From an uncultured Acidobacteriota bacterium (GTDB taxonomy: Bacteria > Acidobacteriota > UBA6911): a stretch of DNA of 64,000 nt. The notes beneath the pieces are model-generated. The model saw only the letters and a program-made list of their open reading frames with translations. It was not told where the DNA came from and searched no databases. This document shows positions 38,932-48,817 of this stretch, piece by piece; position 1 is the first letter of the stretch, and each line of letters begins with the position of its first letter. Where the stretch lies: assembly GCA_963827655.1 (NCBI GenBank), contig CAWHCF010000014.1, positions 32,001-96,000 on the forward strand. Reading direction: 5' to 3'. The translations under genes and the position numbers were made by a program.

Positions 38932-40833
38932 TCAGTCGCGCGTGCCCAGGGTGTAGGCGTTGAGGCGGTTGTCCTTCGACGAGTAGAGGAGGGCCGAGGC
39001 CTCGTCGCTGATGAAGCGCTGATCCGGGTCGCTCAGACCGATTGCGCGCTCGGGTACGCCCGTGTTGATGTTGACGCCGATCAGGCCGTTCCCGTCCCCC
39101 TTCAGGTCGGTGTAGAAGTACATCCATCGGCCGCGCAGCGCGGACAGTCGCTGCCGGCGCCCCGCGAAGCGCGACAACGCCTCGAGCCGAGAGGCGGGGT
39201 CGAGACGGTCAAGCAAACGCTCCTCGACGTCGACCGAGGGCGCCGGCACGTCGATCGATGGGCGCGTCGCCAGCCGTTCACGCGCAGAGACGGTCGCGCC
39301 GCCCGCGCGGGAGAGGATGCCGAAGGGCGAGAAGCGCTCGCGCAAATAGTGCCGCGAGTAATCCGTCGCGAGGCTCGTCAGATTGGGCGCCGTCGCATGC
39401 GCCGCGAGGCCCGACCAGCGCAGGCCGTCGACGGCGCTCAATAGCCTGACGCCGCCGAATACGGTCGTCGCCGCGGCGCCGTAGCGAAAGTAGAGCGAGG
39501 CGGCGCGGGCCGTGACCGCCGTCACTGTGCCGAAAATACTGCGACCCGGTGGATCGTGGCGCGCGCGCCACACCGCGCGGTTTGCCGCCAGGTCGAAGGC
39601 GGCAATCTCATTGCGGCCTCCGACAACTGCATGGCCGCGCTCGTTCAGCAGGGCGAAGGCGGCGCGCTCGACGCCGTGCGGGATTTTAGCGCGGGGCTGG
39701 CCCGTGGATGCGTCGATGGCGATGAGATCGTCGCCATCGGCGACGACGACGGTCGAGGCGTCGGGCAACAGCATGTTGGTAATGCCCTTGTCAGCCCCCT
39801 TGAAACGCCAGAGCGTCTTGCCCGTGGACGCGTCAATGGCGCTGACTCCGTATGGACCGCGCTCCACCGACTGGCCGTCTTCGAGGCGCGTGAACCGCCC
39901 GCCTGTCCGCGCATAGAGCGCTCCTCCAGCCAGCGCGATCTCCGGCGTCAAACCCAGGTCTTTGGCCTCCCACACCTCGCGGCCGTCGGCCCGCGAGATG
40001 GCGCGCACGCGGCCCCGCCCGGAGAAGTAGACGAAGCGCTCGTCGGCAACGGGGTCGGCCTCGGTGAGCGCCAGCCCTTCCTCGTTGACGCGGAACTTCT
40101 CGCGCCGGCGCTCCTCGCCCGTCCGCGCGTCGAGCGAGGTGACGCCCTCATAAAAAAGGTAGAGGCGGCCGTCGAAAAAGGCCGGCGGGCGGTAGTTGTC
40201 GAGCGTGTAGGGGAGATCCTCGTCCTCCGAGACGCCAAGGAGGGCGGGCATCATCTCGACCTCGCTATCAAGCTCGCGCTTCCAGAGCTCGCGCCCCCGC
40301 CTCAGGTCGAAAGCCTGCACTACGGCCTTTCGCTTGAATTCACCCCGCGCGCGTCCACGCGCGTCGCGCACGACGACGACGGCGAGCAGCCCGGAGCCAG
40401 GGTCGAACGCCATCTGCATAACCGAGCCGTGCGCTTTGTCGCCGCGCCAGAGCGCCCCGCCCGTGAGCAGATCGACAGCCTCGAGCCGCGTTCTGTCGCC
40501 GCGTTCGAAACTCAGCAGCAGAACATCCGTGCCCGGAACCGCCGCCACGTCCGTCTCGTATAGCCGCGCGTCCTTCCGCCGCCACAGTACCTCGCCGGTC
40601 TCGGACGTCACCGCATACAGCGACTTCTCGGTGCCGATCACCAGCACGCCCAGCTCCGTCGCCTGGTAGAACACGACGCGTCCGTCGAACCTTGCCGACC
40701 AACGCGGCCCTGCCGCCTCGATCGAGCACACGCCCCAAATCAGAAGGCCCAGCGCAAGCCGCAGGCTGATGCGCCCGGGAGCTCGCGGCCGGCCGCGTCT
40801 TTTGACAGCACCGGTATCAAGCACGAAGAACAT
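38932..40833 (-). CDS. Secreted PQQ-type beta-propeller repeat protein
   Basis: Repeated 'AxDxxTGxxLW' motifs and an N-terminal signal-like segment. Confidence 0.82.
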   Translation of the reverse strand: MFFVLDTGAVKRRGRPRAPGRISLRLALGLLIWGVCSIEAAGPRWSARFDGRVVFYQATELGVLVIGTEKSLYAVTSETGEVLWRRKDARLYETDVAAVPGTDVLLLSFERGDRTRLEAVDLLTGGALWRGDKAHGSVMQMAFDPGSGLLAVVVVRDARGRARGEFKRKAVVQAFDLRRGRELWKRELDSEVEMMPALLGVSEDEDLPYTLDNYRPPAFFDGRLYLFYEGVTSLDARTGEERRREKFRVNEEGLALTEADPVADERFVYFSGRGRVRAISRADGREVWEAKDLGLTPEIALAGGALYARTGGRFTRLEDGQSVERGPYGVSAIDASTGKTLWRFKGADKGITNMLLPDASTVVVADGDDLIAIDASTGQPRAKIPHGVERAAFALLNERGHAVVGGRNEIAAFDLAANRAVWRARHDPPGRSIFGTVTAVTARAASLYFRYGAAATTVFGGVRLLSAVDGLRWSGLAAHATAPNLTSLATDYSRHYLRERFSPFGILSRAGGATVSARERLATRPSIDVPAPSVDVEERLLDRLDPASRLEALSRFAGRRQRLSALRGRWMYFYTDLKGDGNGLIGVNINTGVPERAIGLSDPDQRFISDEASALLYSSKDNRLNAYTLGTRD

Positions 40834-40934
40834 TCTTAAAGTTTACTCCCGAACCTCAGGAGTTAACACAGCCTTGCGGGCGTTTCGGTCTCTGACCAGG
40901 TAGAGCAGGATACAAGTTGGCTTGGTGCGGCAAG

Positions 40935-41215
40935 TCCGATCCCGGCCTCACAAGGTGTGAAAGAATTGGGTCTGTGACGCGGGTCATCAGAGGCTCTTGC
41001 AAAACGCAGCTCTACCCTGGAATGTGGCTCAGACATTTCCGAAGCCTTATGTGGCGACGGGTCATCAGACCCAGTCGCAAGTAACCGTGATCGGAATGAA
41101 TTTGACCGTAACAAGTTCATTTGTGCCACAGGGGGCCGGACGGGCTTGATAGCCCGTCCGCACATGTATCGGGTGTTCTTGCGACAGTCTCATCGGACCC
41201 GCGCCACACAAGCCA
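40935..41215. repeat. Cluster of REP-like palindromes
   Basis: TGTGACGCGGGTCATCAGA, TGTGGCGACGGGTCATCAGACCCAGTCGC, CGGACGGGCTTGATAGCCCGTCCGCACA and GACCCGCGCCACA in both orientations. Confidence 0.6.
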
Positions 41216-41255
41216 AAGGGCTCTCGGTCAATCGAGAACCGTTCGTTGAATTCTT

Positions 41256-41994
41256 TTACAGCTTCTCACGACCGCGCCTGTTCTGTCCTAGGACCTCCTG
41301 CAGGATGGGGATCGCCGCGAGCATCTCCACGCTGACCCGGCGGCGATCGATGCCGCGCGGTTTGGGCGGCCTCGGTTTTACCGAAATCACCCCTTCCGCC
41401 GTGACGATGAGATTCACCGTAACGTCGTGGGCGAGAACGGGAAGTTTTGATCCCAGACTTGGACGGGATGGACCGTGGTAGCACCGGCGTGGCAGCCTTC
41501 AGAAAGCCGAACTCTCGTCCGAGAGCCCACTCGAGATCGGAATAGCCACCCCCTTTGCCGATGCGCTCGCCACGCGCATTCACGGCCACGGACCCCGCGA
41601 TGACGAGGTCGATCCCAGGCACGTCGCTGGGATGAACCGGTACGCCGTAGCGCAGCGATCCTGCAATCGAAGCCGCATCACGCCACTGCGCCCGTGGTAT
41701 CCGCGCCGGGTCGAGCTTCACAAAACATCGGAGTTCGCGGAGGCGCGGCACTGCCATGAAAACAGTCTTGCCCGCCTCGAGGGCGCGAAAGCGCACCGGG
41801 CGTTGCGGCGCATCGGGATTGCACTTCAAGACGCGTGCCAGGCGCCAGGCTTCGGTTCCGGCGAGTCGATCCGCCGCCGCGGCAGCCCCACCGAAGTTCG
41901 GGATGCGGCCGCGAGCGCCCGGAAAGGATTCGATCCCTTCCCGCTCCATCCGGTCCCACACGGCCTCGCGGATTTGATCTTTAGGGGACGTCAT
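41256..41994 (-). CDS. 5-formyltetrahydrofolate cyclo-ligase-like (MTHFSD type); frameshifts near 41480 and 41445
   Basis: GRIPNF, NPDAPQ, GSVAV, RIGKGGGYSDLE. TTVHPVQV and HDVTVNLIVT continue in shifted frames to TAA at 41256. Confidence 0.85.
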
Positions 41995-42023
41995 AACGAA
42001 GAATACGGATGGGACGGTTCGCG

Positions 42024-42466
42024 CTAACCACTCACCTCACCGGGAGCCGGCCAGACATCCATGCCTGCATGTCTCGCGGCACCCATCCTGATCGAAGGTG
42101 GCCAGCGTGACTGGCTCCGCCAGCGAATCCTGCCAGAGAAGAGCGCAGGCCAGGTGCACAGCGTCATAACCGCGCAGTTGATGCTCCCAGGCGAGCAAGT
42201 CGGCACGTTTCAACAACTATTCCGTCGACTCTGAGCCGGAACAAGGCGGGCCAGTGAGCACGAAACAGCTTCACAGAAGCCGACGCGTTGTCGGGGTCGA
42301 CAATCCCCATCCGCACTGCCCTGCAGATGGCTGCAGACACCTCCGCTCGGCTGATGAGCGCCGTACGCGCCAGATCCGCTGGCGCCAGCAGACTCTCCAC
42401 CTCCGGCGTTCCGGGTTCCACGACATAGCGCTTGACCAATGCACTGGAGTCTATGTAGAGGATCAC
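42024..42466 (-). CDS. VapC/PIN toxin; frameshift near 42205
   Basis: ILYIDSSALVKRY...AEV, then LRGYDAVHLA in a shifted frame. The GTG start overlaps the antitoxin stop. Confidence 0.85.
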
Positions 42467-42738
42467 CGTCGATCCTCGACCAGCAAAGCAGCGACCGAAT
42501 GGCCCTTTTTGACCCTGGTGACAGGCTTCATCGGCTTCAAACGCTTGCCATTCCAATCGGCTCGACCTGACTTCACCATTGCCACAAGCTTTTCATCCAG
42601 GGATTGAGCGTTGGGAACAAGCCTGCCAACCGCCTTTCCACGCTCGGTGATGATGATGCTCCTGCCGGCCTTGACCTGCCTCATATACTTGCTGAACTGC
42701 GCTTTCAGTTCGCGCACGCCAACGATTATTGCCGCCAT
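42463..42738 (-). CDS. Phd/YefM family antitoxin
   Basis: VGVRELKAQFSKYMRQVKAGRSIIITERGKAVGRLVP. Confidence 0.92.
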   Translation of the reverse strand: MAAIIVGVRELKAQFSKYMRQVKAGRSIIITERGKAVGRLVPNAQSLDEKLVAMVKSGRADWNGKRLKPMKPVTRVKKGHSVAALLVEDRR

Positions 42739-42876
42739 GCCGTCCTCCGTGAAGCCTGGAGACTACATTCTATATCCTGTGACTACATCCTTCAATGGCG
42801 GTCACCTCGGGGCAGGGTGGCACGCGCTCCCGAACTGCGATCGCGTCGTGACCCGGTCGCTTCTTAGGCACTTCGA

Positions 42877-43339
42877 TCATTGGATCGTCAGCAAGAGCTC
42901 GAATCCGGCGATTTCGAAGTCCCGATCGAACGTTGCGACCTTGCTGCATTTCGCTGAATGCATCACGGCGAAGCTCACCGCATCGGTGTACGTAATGCTG
43001 TGACCGGCAAGTTTTTCGAGCCAGGCGCGCGCCGCGCCGGTGATGGGCGTCCCCCGGAAACTCGATTCTCACCAGGGGACTCGCTTCGATCCGATCGAGG
43101 GCGGCAAGCGCGGGGCGCATGCCTGCCCGGAACAGCAGGAGACGATGGACTTCAGCCAGCACCAGATTCGTGGTGAGAATCGTCATGCGCCTTTCGACCG
43201 CGCGTCGAAATGTCCTGTCAGCGTCGCTATGGTGTTGATCCCGGGCGCTGAAAAGGGCAATCCAGGCGCTGCTATCCACGAAGACGCGGTCTTCGCCGGC
43301 GCTTTGCCTTGCTTGAGTATGGCGCTTGCTTCTCGGCAA
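42877..43339 (-). CDS. PIN-domain toxin; frameshift near 43030
   Basis: VFVDSSAWIAL...DQHH, TTNLVLAEV, then ITYTDAVSFAVM...TFDRDF in a shifted frame. TTG start after GAGGAG is inferred. Confidence 0.8.
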
Positions 43340-43562
43340 CAAAACTCTCCTCGAGATAGTGGTCAAACCGCTCGCTGCAATCCGCGGGCAGGCCATCGAT
43401 CATCCCGCTGGCACTCAGTAGAGGATCCTGCTCATCGGAGTGAACGAGCGCACGGACCGCAGCCCGAATCGCCTGCGACTTTGTCCAGCCGTGTTCGCGA
43501 GCCCACGACTCCAGCCGCTCCAGCTCTACATCATCCATGTACACTTGCACTGGTTTGTTCAT
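43272..43562 (-). CDS. CopG/RHH family antitoxin
   Basis: KPVQVYM...TKSQAIRAAV, SERFDHYL; upstream of and overlapping the PIN gene. Confidence 0.85.
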   Translation of the reverse strand: MNKPVQVYMDDVELERLESWAREHGWTKSQAIRAAVRALVHSDEQDPLLSASGMIDGLPADCSERFDHYLEESFVAEKQAPYSSKAKRRRRPRLRG

Positions 43563-43648
43563 GATTAGATAGGTTATCGATTCATGAACTATTTGTCAAT
43601 ATGATCATGAGGGATGGGCAGCGCTGTTGGTTAGCGCTAACGAACAAA

Positions 43649-43685
43649 TACCACCAAGCCGCGAAGACACGAAGAAACACTAAAG
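43649..43685. repeat. Family-A half element
   Basis: TACCACCAAGCCGCGAAGACACGAAGAAACACTAAAG. Confidence 0.75.
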
Positions 43686-43688
43686 TCT

Positions 43689-43990
43689 TTACGGCTCCGG
43701 CCAGAGACCGATCGATGATCCGACCCACGAGAAGATCCGATTGTAATCGACGCCCATCATCAGCCCACGCGAAAGCCGGCATAAATTCTGAGCCAGAATC
43801 GGCGCGCGTTCGTCGTCGGGCCTCAGAAACATCATGCGAACCTCTACCTTCACCCCTTCGCCGTCGGCAGCTCGTAGAGCAGGGGCGTAAGTGATCTTCT
43901 CCTGGAGACACCAGCTCTGCTTCTCGTCGTCCGGAATCTTCTCAATGTCCTCAGGTTGAGGTTCGATTTTGACGCCTCCCCCCGCCAAAC
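43689..43990 (-). pseudogene. C-terminal remnant of an ATP-grasp-like ligase
   Basis: AGGGVKIEP...WCLQEKITYAP...KVEVRMMF...RLSRGLMMGVDYN...WVGSS; no N-terminal part. Confidence 0.6.
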
Positions 43991-44049
43991 AACAGACCAA
44001 TTCTTTTCCTTGTCATGATTCCTTAATCGGATGTGCGGGGGCAAAGATT

Positions 44050-44123
44050 CCTGGTGTTTCTTCGTGTCTTTGCGTCCTGGCGTATTTATTTCGTTTAACC
44101 GCGAAGACACGAAGACGCCGAGG
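44050..44123. repeat. Family-A element (back-to-back arms)
   Basis: CTGGTGTTTCTTCGTGTCTTTGCGTCCTGGCG ... AACCGCGAAGACACGAAGACGCCGAG. Confidence 0.75.
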
Positions 44124-44176
44124 CGTGCGCCCAGGCATCGTATATAATTGCCCTCCTTTTGGCAATGGAGGTTGGG

Positions 44177-44887
44177 ATGCTTCGAGAGTACAGCAGCTGG
44201 ATCAGTTCGCGCTTGAATCGAAGAATGGAGTTCCTCTGGTTCGGCCATGGAGGAAGGCCCGTCCTCATCTTTCCAACTTCCATGGGGCGCTTCTATCAAA
44301 ACGAGGATTTCAGCCTGGTCGCGGCCCTCTCCGACAAAATCGAGCGCGGAGAGATTCAGGTCGTGTGCGCCGACTCAGTGGACGAAGAGAGCTGGTATAA
44401 CAAGTCGATTCACCCGGCGGACCGCGCTCGCAGGCACGACCAGTACGACGGCTACGTGCGCCACGAGATGATTCCCTACATCACGCACCGCTCGCAAAGA
44501 AACGATCTGGCGGCTTTCGGGGCGAGCTTCGGCGCCTACCACGCAGCCAATCTGGCAGCCCGTTATCCCGAGTCAATCGCGAAAGCGATCCTCTTTTCCG
44601 GACTCTACGATATCCACCGGTATGTCGATGGGTATTGGGACGACACCTGCTATTTTCACTGTCCTACGGCGTACATTCCGAATATGGATCAAGACTGGAC
44701 GGCGCGCCTGTCGGCAGTGGAGTGGGTGATCGCTACGGGAGAACACGACTCGCTCGTCGATGAGAATCGCCGTTTCTCCGCTCTCCTCCGGTCCAAGGGA
44801 ATTCCACATCACCCCGAATTCTGGCCCGGCGTCTTCGGCCACGATTGGTCCTGGTGGAAAGAGCACCTGATACGCTTTCTACCCTGA
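44177..44887 (+). CDS. Putative esterase (alpha/beta hydrolase)
   Basis: FGHGGRPVLIFPTSMG, nucleophile GASFG, GHDWSWW. Confidence 0.88.
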   Translation: MLREYSSWISSRLNRRMEFLWFGHGGRPVLIFPTSMGRFYQNEDFSLVAALSDKIERGEIQVVCADSVDEESWYNKSIHPADRARRHDQYDGYVRHEMIPYITHRSQRNDLAAFGASFGAYHAANLAARYPESIAKAILFSGLYDIHRYVDGYWDDTCYFHCPTAYIPNMDQDWTARLSAVEWVIATGEHDSLVDENRRFSALLRSKGIPHHPEFWPGVFGHDWSWWKEHLIRFLP

Positions 44888-44943
44888 AGCCCGGAAGGAG
44901 AAGGAAGCGCGCGAACCCTCAACACCGCTCAAATTCCTGTTCG

Positions 44944-45351
44944 TCACTCGCTGCGCGCGTATTCGCTCTCTTCTTTCAGCAACCGCAAAAGGAGAATTCC
45001 CAGCGCAATCCCGAAGCTCAGATCGATCAGGCCGAAACCTAAATACGCCTTTGGAGCGTTGGCAAAGAACACCGGCCACAGCCAGAACACGCCGAACGAC
45101 AAATGCCCAAGCACCATAATCGTGGCGTTGTCTTTGTAGCGCAGAGGGTCAATCCCGGTTGGGAAATACATGAGGGACAGGAAGAACAGGAGCAGGCCGG
45201 CGTCGCGCAGCCAGACGGTCGGATATGCTGCCGGCAGGCGCATCAGCGAAAGCAGCCATAACGGGAAGAATACTGCCGGTATGGCAAAGCCCAGGTTGAC
45301 CAGAATCTTCAGCCATACGATTGGACAAAACCATTTCAGGTACTTGTTCAT
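44944..45351 (-). CDS. Small 4-TM membrane protein
   Basis: Hydrophobic ORF, last gene of the OYE/cytochrome operon. Confidence 0.7.
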   Translation of the reverse strand: MNKYLKWFCPIVWLKILVNLGFAIPAVFFPLWLLSLMRLPAAYPTVWLRDAGLLLFFLSLMYFPTGIDPLRYKDNATIMVLGHLSFGVFWLWPVFFANAPKAYLGFGLIDLSFGIALGILLLRLLKEESEYARSE

Positions 45352-45422
45352 GCGCGTTCCTTTCTGACCTGCTGCCATGGCCTCTTGCGTGACCGTGTGG
45401 ATCGGGCGGCTCGCAATGATTG

Positions 45423-46940
45423 CTAAAGCGTCTTTAGATATTCGATCAGCGCTCGCTTTTCCACGTCGCTCAATTCGGTTCCGTAACGCGCGCCGCTGTG
45501 ACCGCTGTTGCTATTGCCGGGCTCGGTGATGTCGAAGAGAAAAGACTTTCGACCATCGACCTGGCTCACGTCAGTTCGGAATCCCACGTCCACGGTGTCA
45601 TAAACTCCGTGTCCGGTGTAGAAGGTCTTATTGCCCTTGTTGCGCCGATCGGCCGGGGTCAGCAGGTCCCACAGAGTCGGGACCGAACCATTGTGCAAAT
45701 AAGGCGCGCGAGCCCAGATCCCATCAAGCGGCGCCGACGTATACCCGTCAGTCTTCTTGAAATTCTTAAACTCCCACTCATAACCTTTGCCGTAGTCGAG
45801 CTGCAAAGCCACCAATTTCTCAGTGTAAGAGTTCAATCGGTACGGGTCGGTTTGGATCTCCGCCAAAGGTATGACCTGACCGATGTAACGACCTCCGGCA
45901 CCGTGGCACTCGGCGCAGTATTGCCTATAGACCTTTTCGCCGCGGGCGACCGCCTGCGGGTCATCGGTCCGGCCGAATGGGTACGGCGGCGGAGGGAATG
46001 TCCTGAGCCACTGCGCGATTCTATCGATCGACTCGCTTGCCACATTCTCGCGCGTTGCCCCGGCGCCGAAGGCCGCGCTGAAATTGCGCTCTCGCACCGA
46101 TGAGTTATTGCCATCCCAATGAAGGTTCATCCCTTCGCGCATCTTCTGGTCCCAGATAGACGGAAAATCGGCGGTGCCTACTATTTCAGCGTCAGGAAAC
46201 ACGTAATCGCGATAGGACTCGGCGAATTGGTTGGTCTTGTACGGGTTAAACGTATCTACTCGCCCGGGGCCAAACTTCGGACGGCCCGGGCCGCTGAAGA
46301 CACTCAACTGAGCCTGGCGTTTCAACAGTCCCGACTGGACTGAAGGAATGGCGTTGCTGTAAAGAAGCCGATCCAGAAAAAACAGTCTGCCGTCCTTTTC
46401 GATCTCCGCCAATAGGTTGTCTGAAGTGAATCTATTGTCGCCGGCACAAGCAAAGAGAAAGGTGAAGAATGCCTGCAGATTGACTGTGTTGGCGGGCATC
46501 CCTGGATAAACTTTAGGCTGAGAGTGCTCCGATTCGCGAACCGAACCGGTGTGACAGATAGCGCAGTTAAAGCCCACGACGTCGACCAAACGTCGGCGTT
46601 TTGAAAATCCTATTGGCATCTCCTTGCCGGGCTCCATGATGAAGCCGAAGGCAGTGTAGTCACGGGGTGCGCCCTCAGGGAGGTATTCGGGAAACATGCG
46701 CGGCAGGACCTTCAGAAGCCGCAACGGAAAGCCGTTTTCGACATCGCTGCCAATTGAGCCATACTTGAAATGGTCGAGGATGTTGGAATAAGTCACCGGC
46801 CGATTCGGGGAATAGCGATAGGACAGGAACGCCACTATGGCGAGGAACAGAATTGCAACCAGAATGCGCCGCCTCAGTATTCGCTTCCTGAGCTCCCTTT
46901 CGACCGGGGTGAGGGGTTCTTCGTATTTCGGCGTTTTCAT
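45423..46940 (-). CDS. Membrane-anchored di-heme cytochrome c (RoxA/MauG-like)
   Basis: CAICH and CAECH heme motifs, FGPGRVD, PLDGIWARAPYLHNGSVPTL, SNSGH...ALIEYLKTL. Confidence 0.85.
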   Translation of the reverse strand: MKTPKYEEPLTPVERELRKRILRRRILVAILFLAIVAFLSYRYSPNRPVTYSNILDHFKYGSIGSDVENGFPLRLLKVLPRMFPEYLPEGAPRDYTAFGFIMEPGKEMPIGFSKRRRLVDVVGFNCAICHTGSVRESEHSQPKVYPGMPANTVNLQAFFTFLFACAGDNRFTSDNLLAEIEKDGRLFFLDRLLYSNAIPSVQSGLLKRQAQLSVFSGPGRPKFGPGRVDTFNPYKTNQFAESYRDYVFPDAEIVGTADFPSIWDQKMREGMNLHWDGNNSSVRERNFSAAFGAGATRENVASESIDRIAQWLRTFPPPPYPFGRTDDPQAVARGEKVYRQYCAECHGAGGRYIGQVIPLAEIQTDPYRLNSYTEKLVALQLDYGKGYEWEFKNFKKTDGYTSAPLDGIWARAPYLHNGSVPTLWDLLTPADRRNKGNKTFYTGHGVYDTVDVGFRTDVSQVDGRKSFLFDITEPGNSNSGHSGARYGTELSDVEKRALIEYLKTL

Positions 46941-47014
46941 GACTCTTGTCTCCAGGTTGCAAGTCTAAACAACATCCCAGCGCGCCGGTTGACTGCGATC
47001 GTTTTCGCCGGCAA

Positions 47015-48361
47015 TTACGGAAAAGGCTTAGGCTCGAAGACGGTCATTACTTCCTCGATCATTGCTTCGTAATCGCCGTCATATCTGGAGAGCTCGTAAC
47101 ACCCGAGCGGATTCTCGAGCACGTTCATCAGGCACTTGTTGCAATAGGTGCATCGTTTCTTCTCGGGAATCTCTTCCCCGCGCTCGAAGTACTTCACCAT
47201 CTCGTTGTTGGCTACCAGCGGCCGCGCGATCGAAACCGCATCACAGTCGCCGCTTTCGATCACGCGGCAGATCCTGCTCGCCGTCTGGAATCCTCCGGTG
47301 CATATGACCGGCACATCCTTAGTGATCTCCCGAACGCCGGCTCGGACCGCGCGCGCGTCCGCAGCATTCGCGCCTTCGATTCTTTCCAGGCGCTCCTGGC
47401 TGCGGTGCCACATGTATTTGAACAACGGTTGCAAAAGCCGGTTGCGAAAGAAGAGGTAATTCCGATGTGTATGCACGCCGTTGGACAGCATGCCGTCATA
47501 CCATTTCACAGCCTCCTTGATCGGGAAGCCCCCCATCGGATTGCGAGGATGAGGAAACATGTCGCCGGTAGAAACATGAATTGCATCCACGCCGTCCTCA
47601 ACCAGCCATCTGCAGACTTGAACGGATTCGGCGAGCGTGTTGCCCTTCTTCTCCCAGATGAAAACGGCGTTGTTGTGATCAACCGCGCTGATCTTCATCT
47701 GGAGGTGAAAGTCGCCGCCAACCTTCTTGCGAATGGCACGAACAACTTCGCGGACGAAGCGGGCGCGATTCTCGAGCGGGCCTCCATATTGATCTCTTCT
47801 GTCGTTGATGGCAGAACTCAGAAACTGAGTGATCAGGTACCCGTTGGCCCCGTGAAGCTCCACTCCGTCAAGTCCGGCCTCGCGCGCGCGCCGCGCTCCC
47901 TCAGCAAAGTCGGCAACCGTCTGTTGTATGTCCTCGACGGTCATCGCGCGAGACAGGAGTCCATGAAAGGACTCGACCTTACCGGTCGCGCTCAAGGCTC
48001 CACGGTATTGATTCTCGACGCCGGCCAGGTCCTGTTGCCGTCCGGAGTGGCTGAGCTGGAGTATGAACTTGCAACCATGCCGGTGAACCGCATCGCCCAG
48101 GGCTTTCCAGAAAGCGATGTTGTCGTCGCGGTCAATCGTGGCGTAATTGGGAACAATACGGCCACGAATGCTGACCGGCGCGAAAGAACTGATGATTGCG
48201 CCCACGCCTCCGCGCGCGAATTTGACTTCCCAGTTAATGCGAGCCTGGGTACCAGAGCCATCATAATTGTCGAATCTTCCGGAAATATTTGAACGGAATA
48301 TCCGGTTCTTCACCGTGAGGTTGCGGAAGCGCAGTTCCTGAAAGATTGTATCGAATCTCAT
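47015..48361 (-). CDS. NADH:flavin oxidoreductase (old yellow enzyme family)
   Basis: VKNRIF, QLSHSGRQ, AGLDGVELHGANGYLITQFLS, NDRRDQYGG, C-terminal CTYCNKC. Confidence 0.92.
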   Translation of the reverse strand: MRFDTIFQELRFRNLTVKNRIFRSNISGRFDNYDGSGTQARINWEVKFARGGVGAIISSFAPVSIRGRIVPNYATIDRDDNIAFWKALGDAVHRHGCKFILQLSHSGRQQDLAGVENQYRGALSATGKVESFHGLLSRAMTVEDIQQTVADFAEGARRAREAGLDGVELHGANGYLITQFLSSAINDRRDQYGGPLENRARFVREVVRAIRKKVGGDFHLQMKISAVDHNNAVFIWEKKGNTLAESVQVCRWLVEDGVDAIHVSTGDMFPHPRNPMGGFPIKEAVKWYDGMLSNGVHTHRNYLFFRNRLLQPLFKYMWHRSQERLERIEGANAADARAVRAGVREITKDVPVICTGGFQTASRICRVIESGDCDAVSIARPLVANNEMVKYFERGEEIPEKKRCTYCNKCLMNVLENPLGCYELSRYDGDYEAMIEEVMTVFEPKPFP

Positions 48362-48530
48362 AGCCACCTCTCTCGAAGACATGGTTTCAAATCTCATCGA
48401 CTTGCGCCAACAGTTCGCCTTGAGACAGAACGATAACACCTAGTCCTTTGGCATATAGAGTACACGCTTTCACAAACACAGTATCCTATTCTCGGTGGCT
48501 TGCTGGGTGTGCAAACCCTGGTCGCGTGAG

Positions 48531-48582
48531 GCGAGGCAAGCTTTGCCAAACTAAGGCGGTAGCAAGCTACTGCACTCCAAGG
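48531..48582 (-). repeat. REP-like palindrome (TTGGAGTGC family)
   Basis: Reverse complement TTGGAGTGCAGTAGCTTGCTACCGCCTTAGTTTGGCAAAGCTTGCCTCGC. Confidence 0.7.
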
Positions 48583-48817
48583 GAGCGCGTTTGCTTGCTT
48601 GCGACTTGCGCTGCGACAGCTTGCTACCGCGCCACAGATCGCCAAACGACACGGCTACAGAAACACCAATACGCACTTTGATTGCGGCACTCGACCGGCT
48701 GCGTTGACGTGCCGGCCTTGGCGTCGAGTAGAAAAGTTATCGTATCCGTGCTTCTCTCGTGGCAGAATACGACATAGTCTGGTCGATCCGATTTCGAACA
48801 ACAGGGAGACAAAACCC

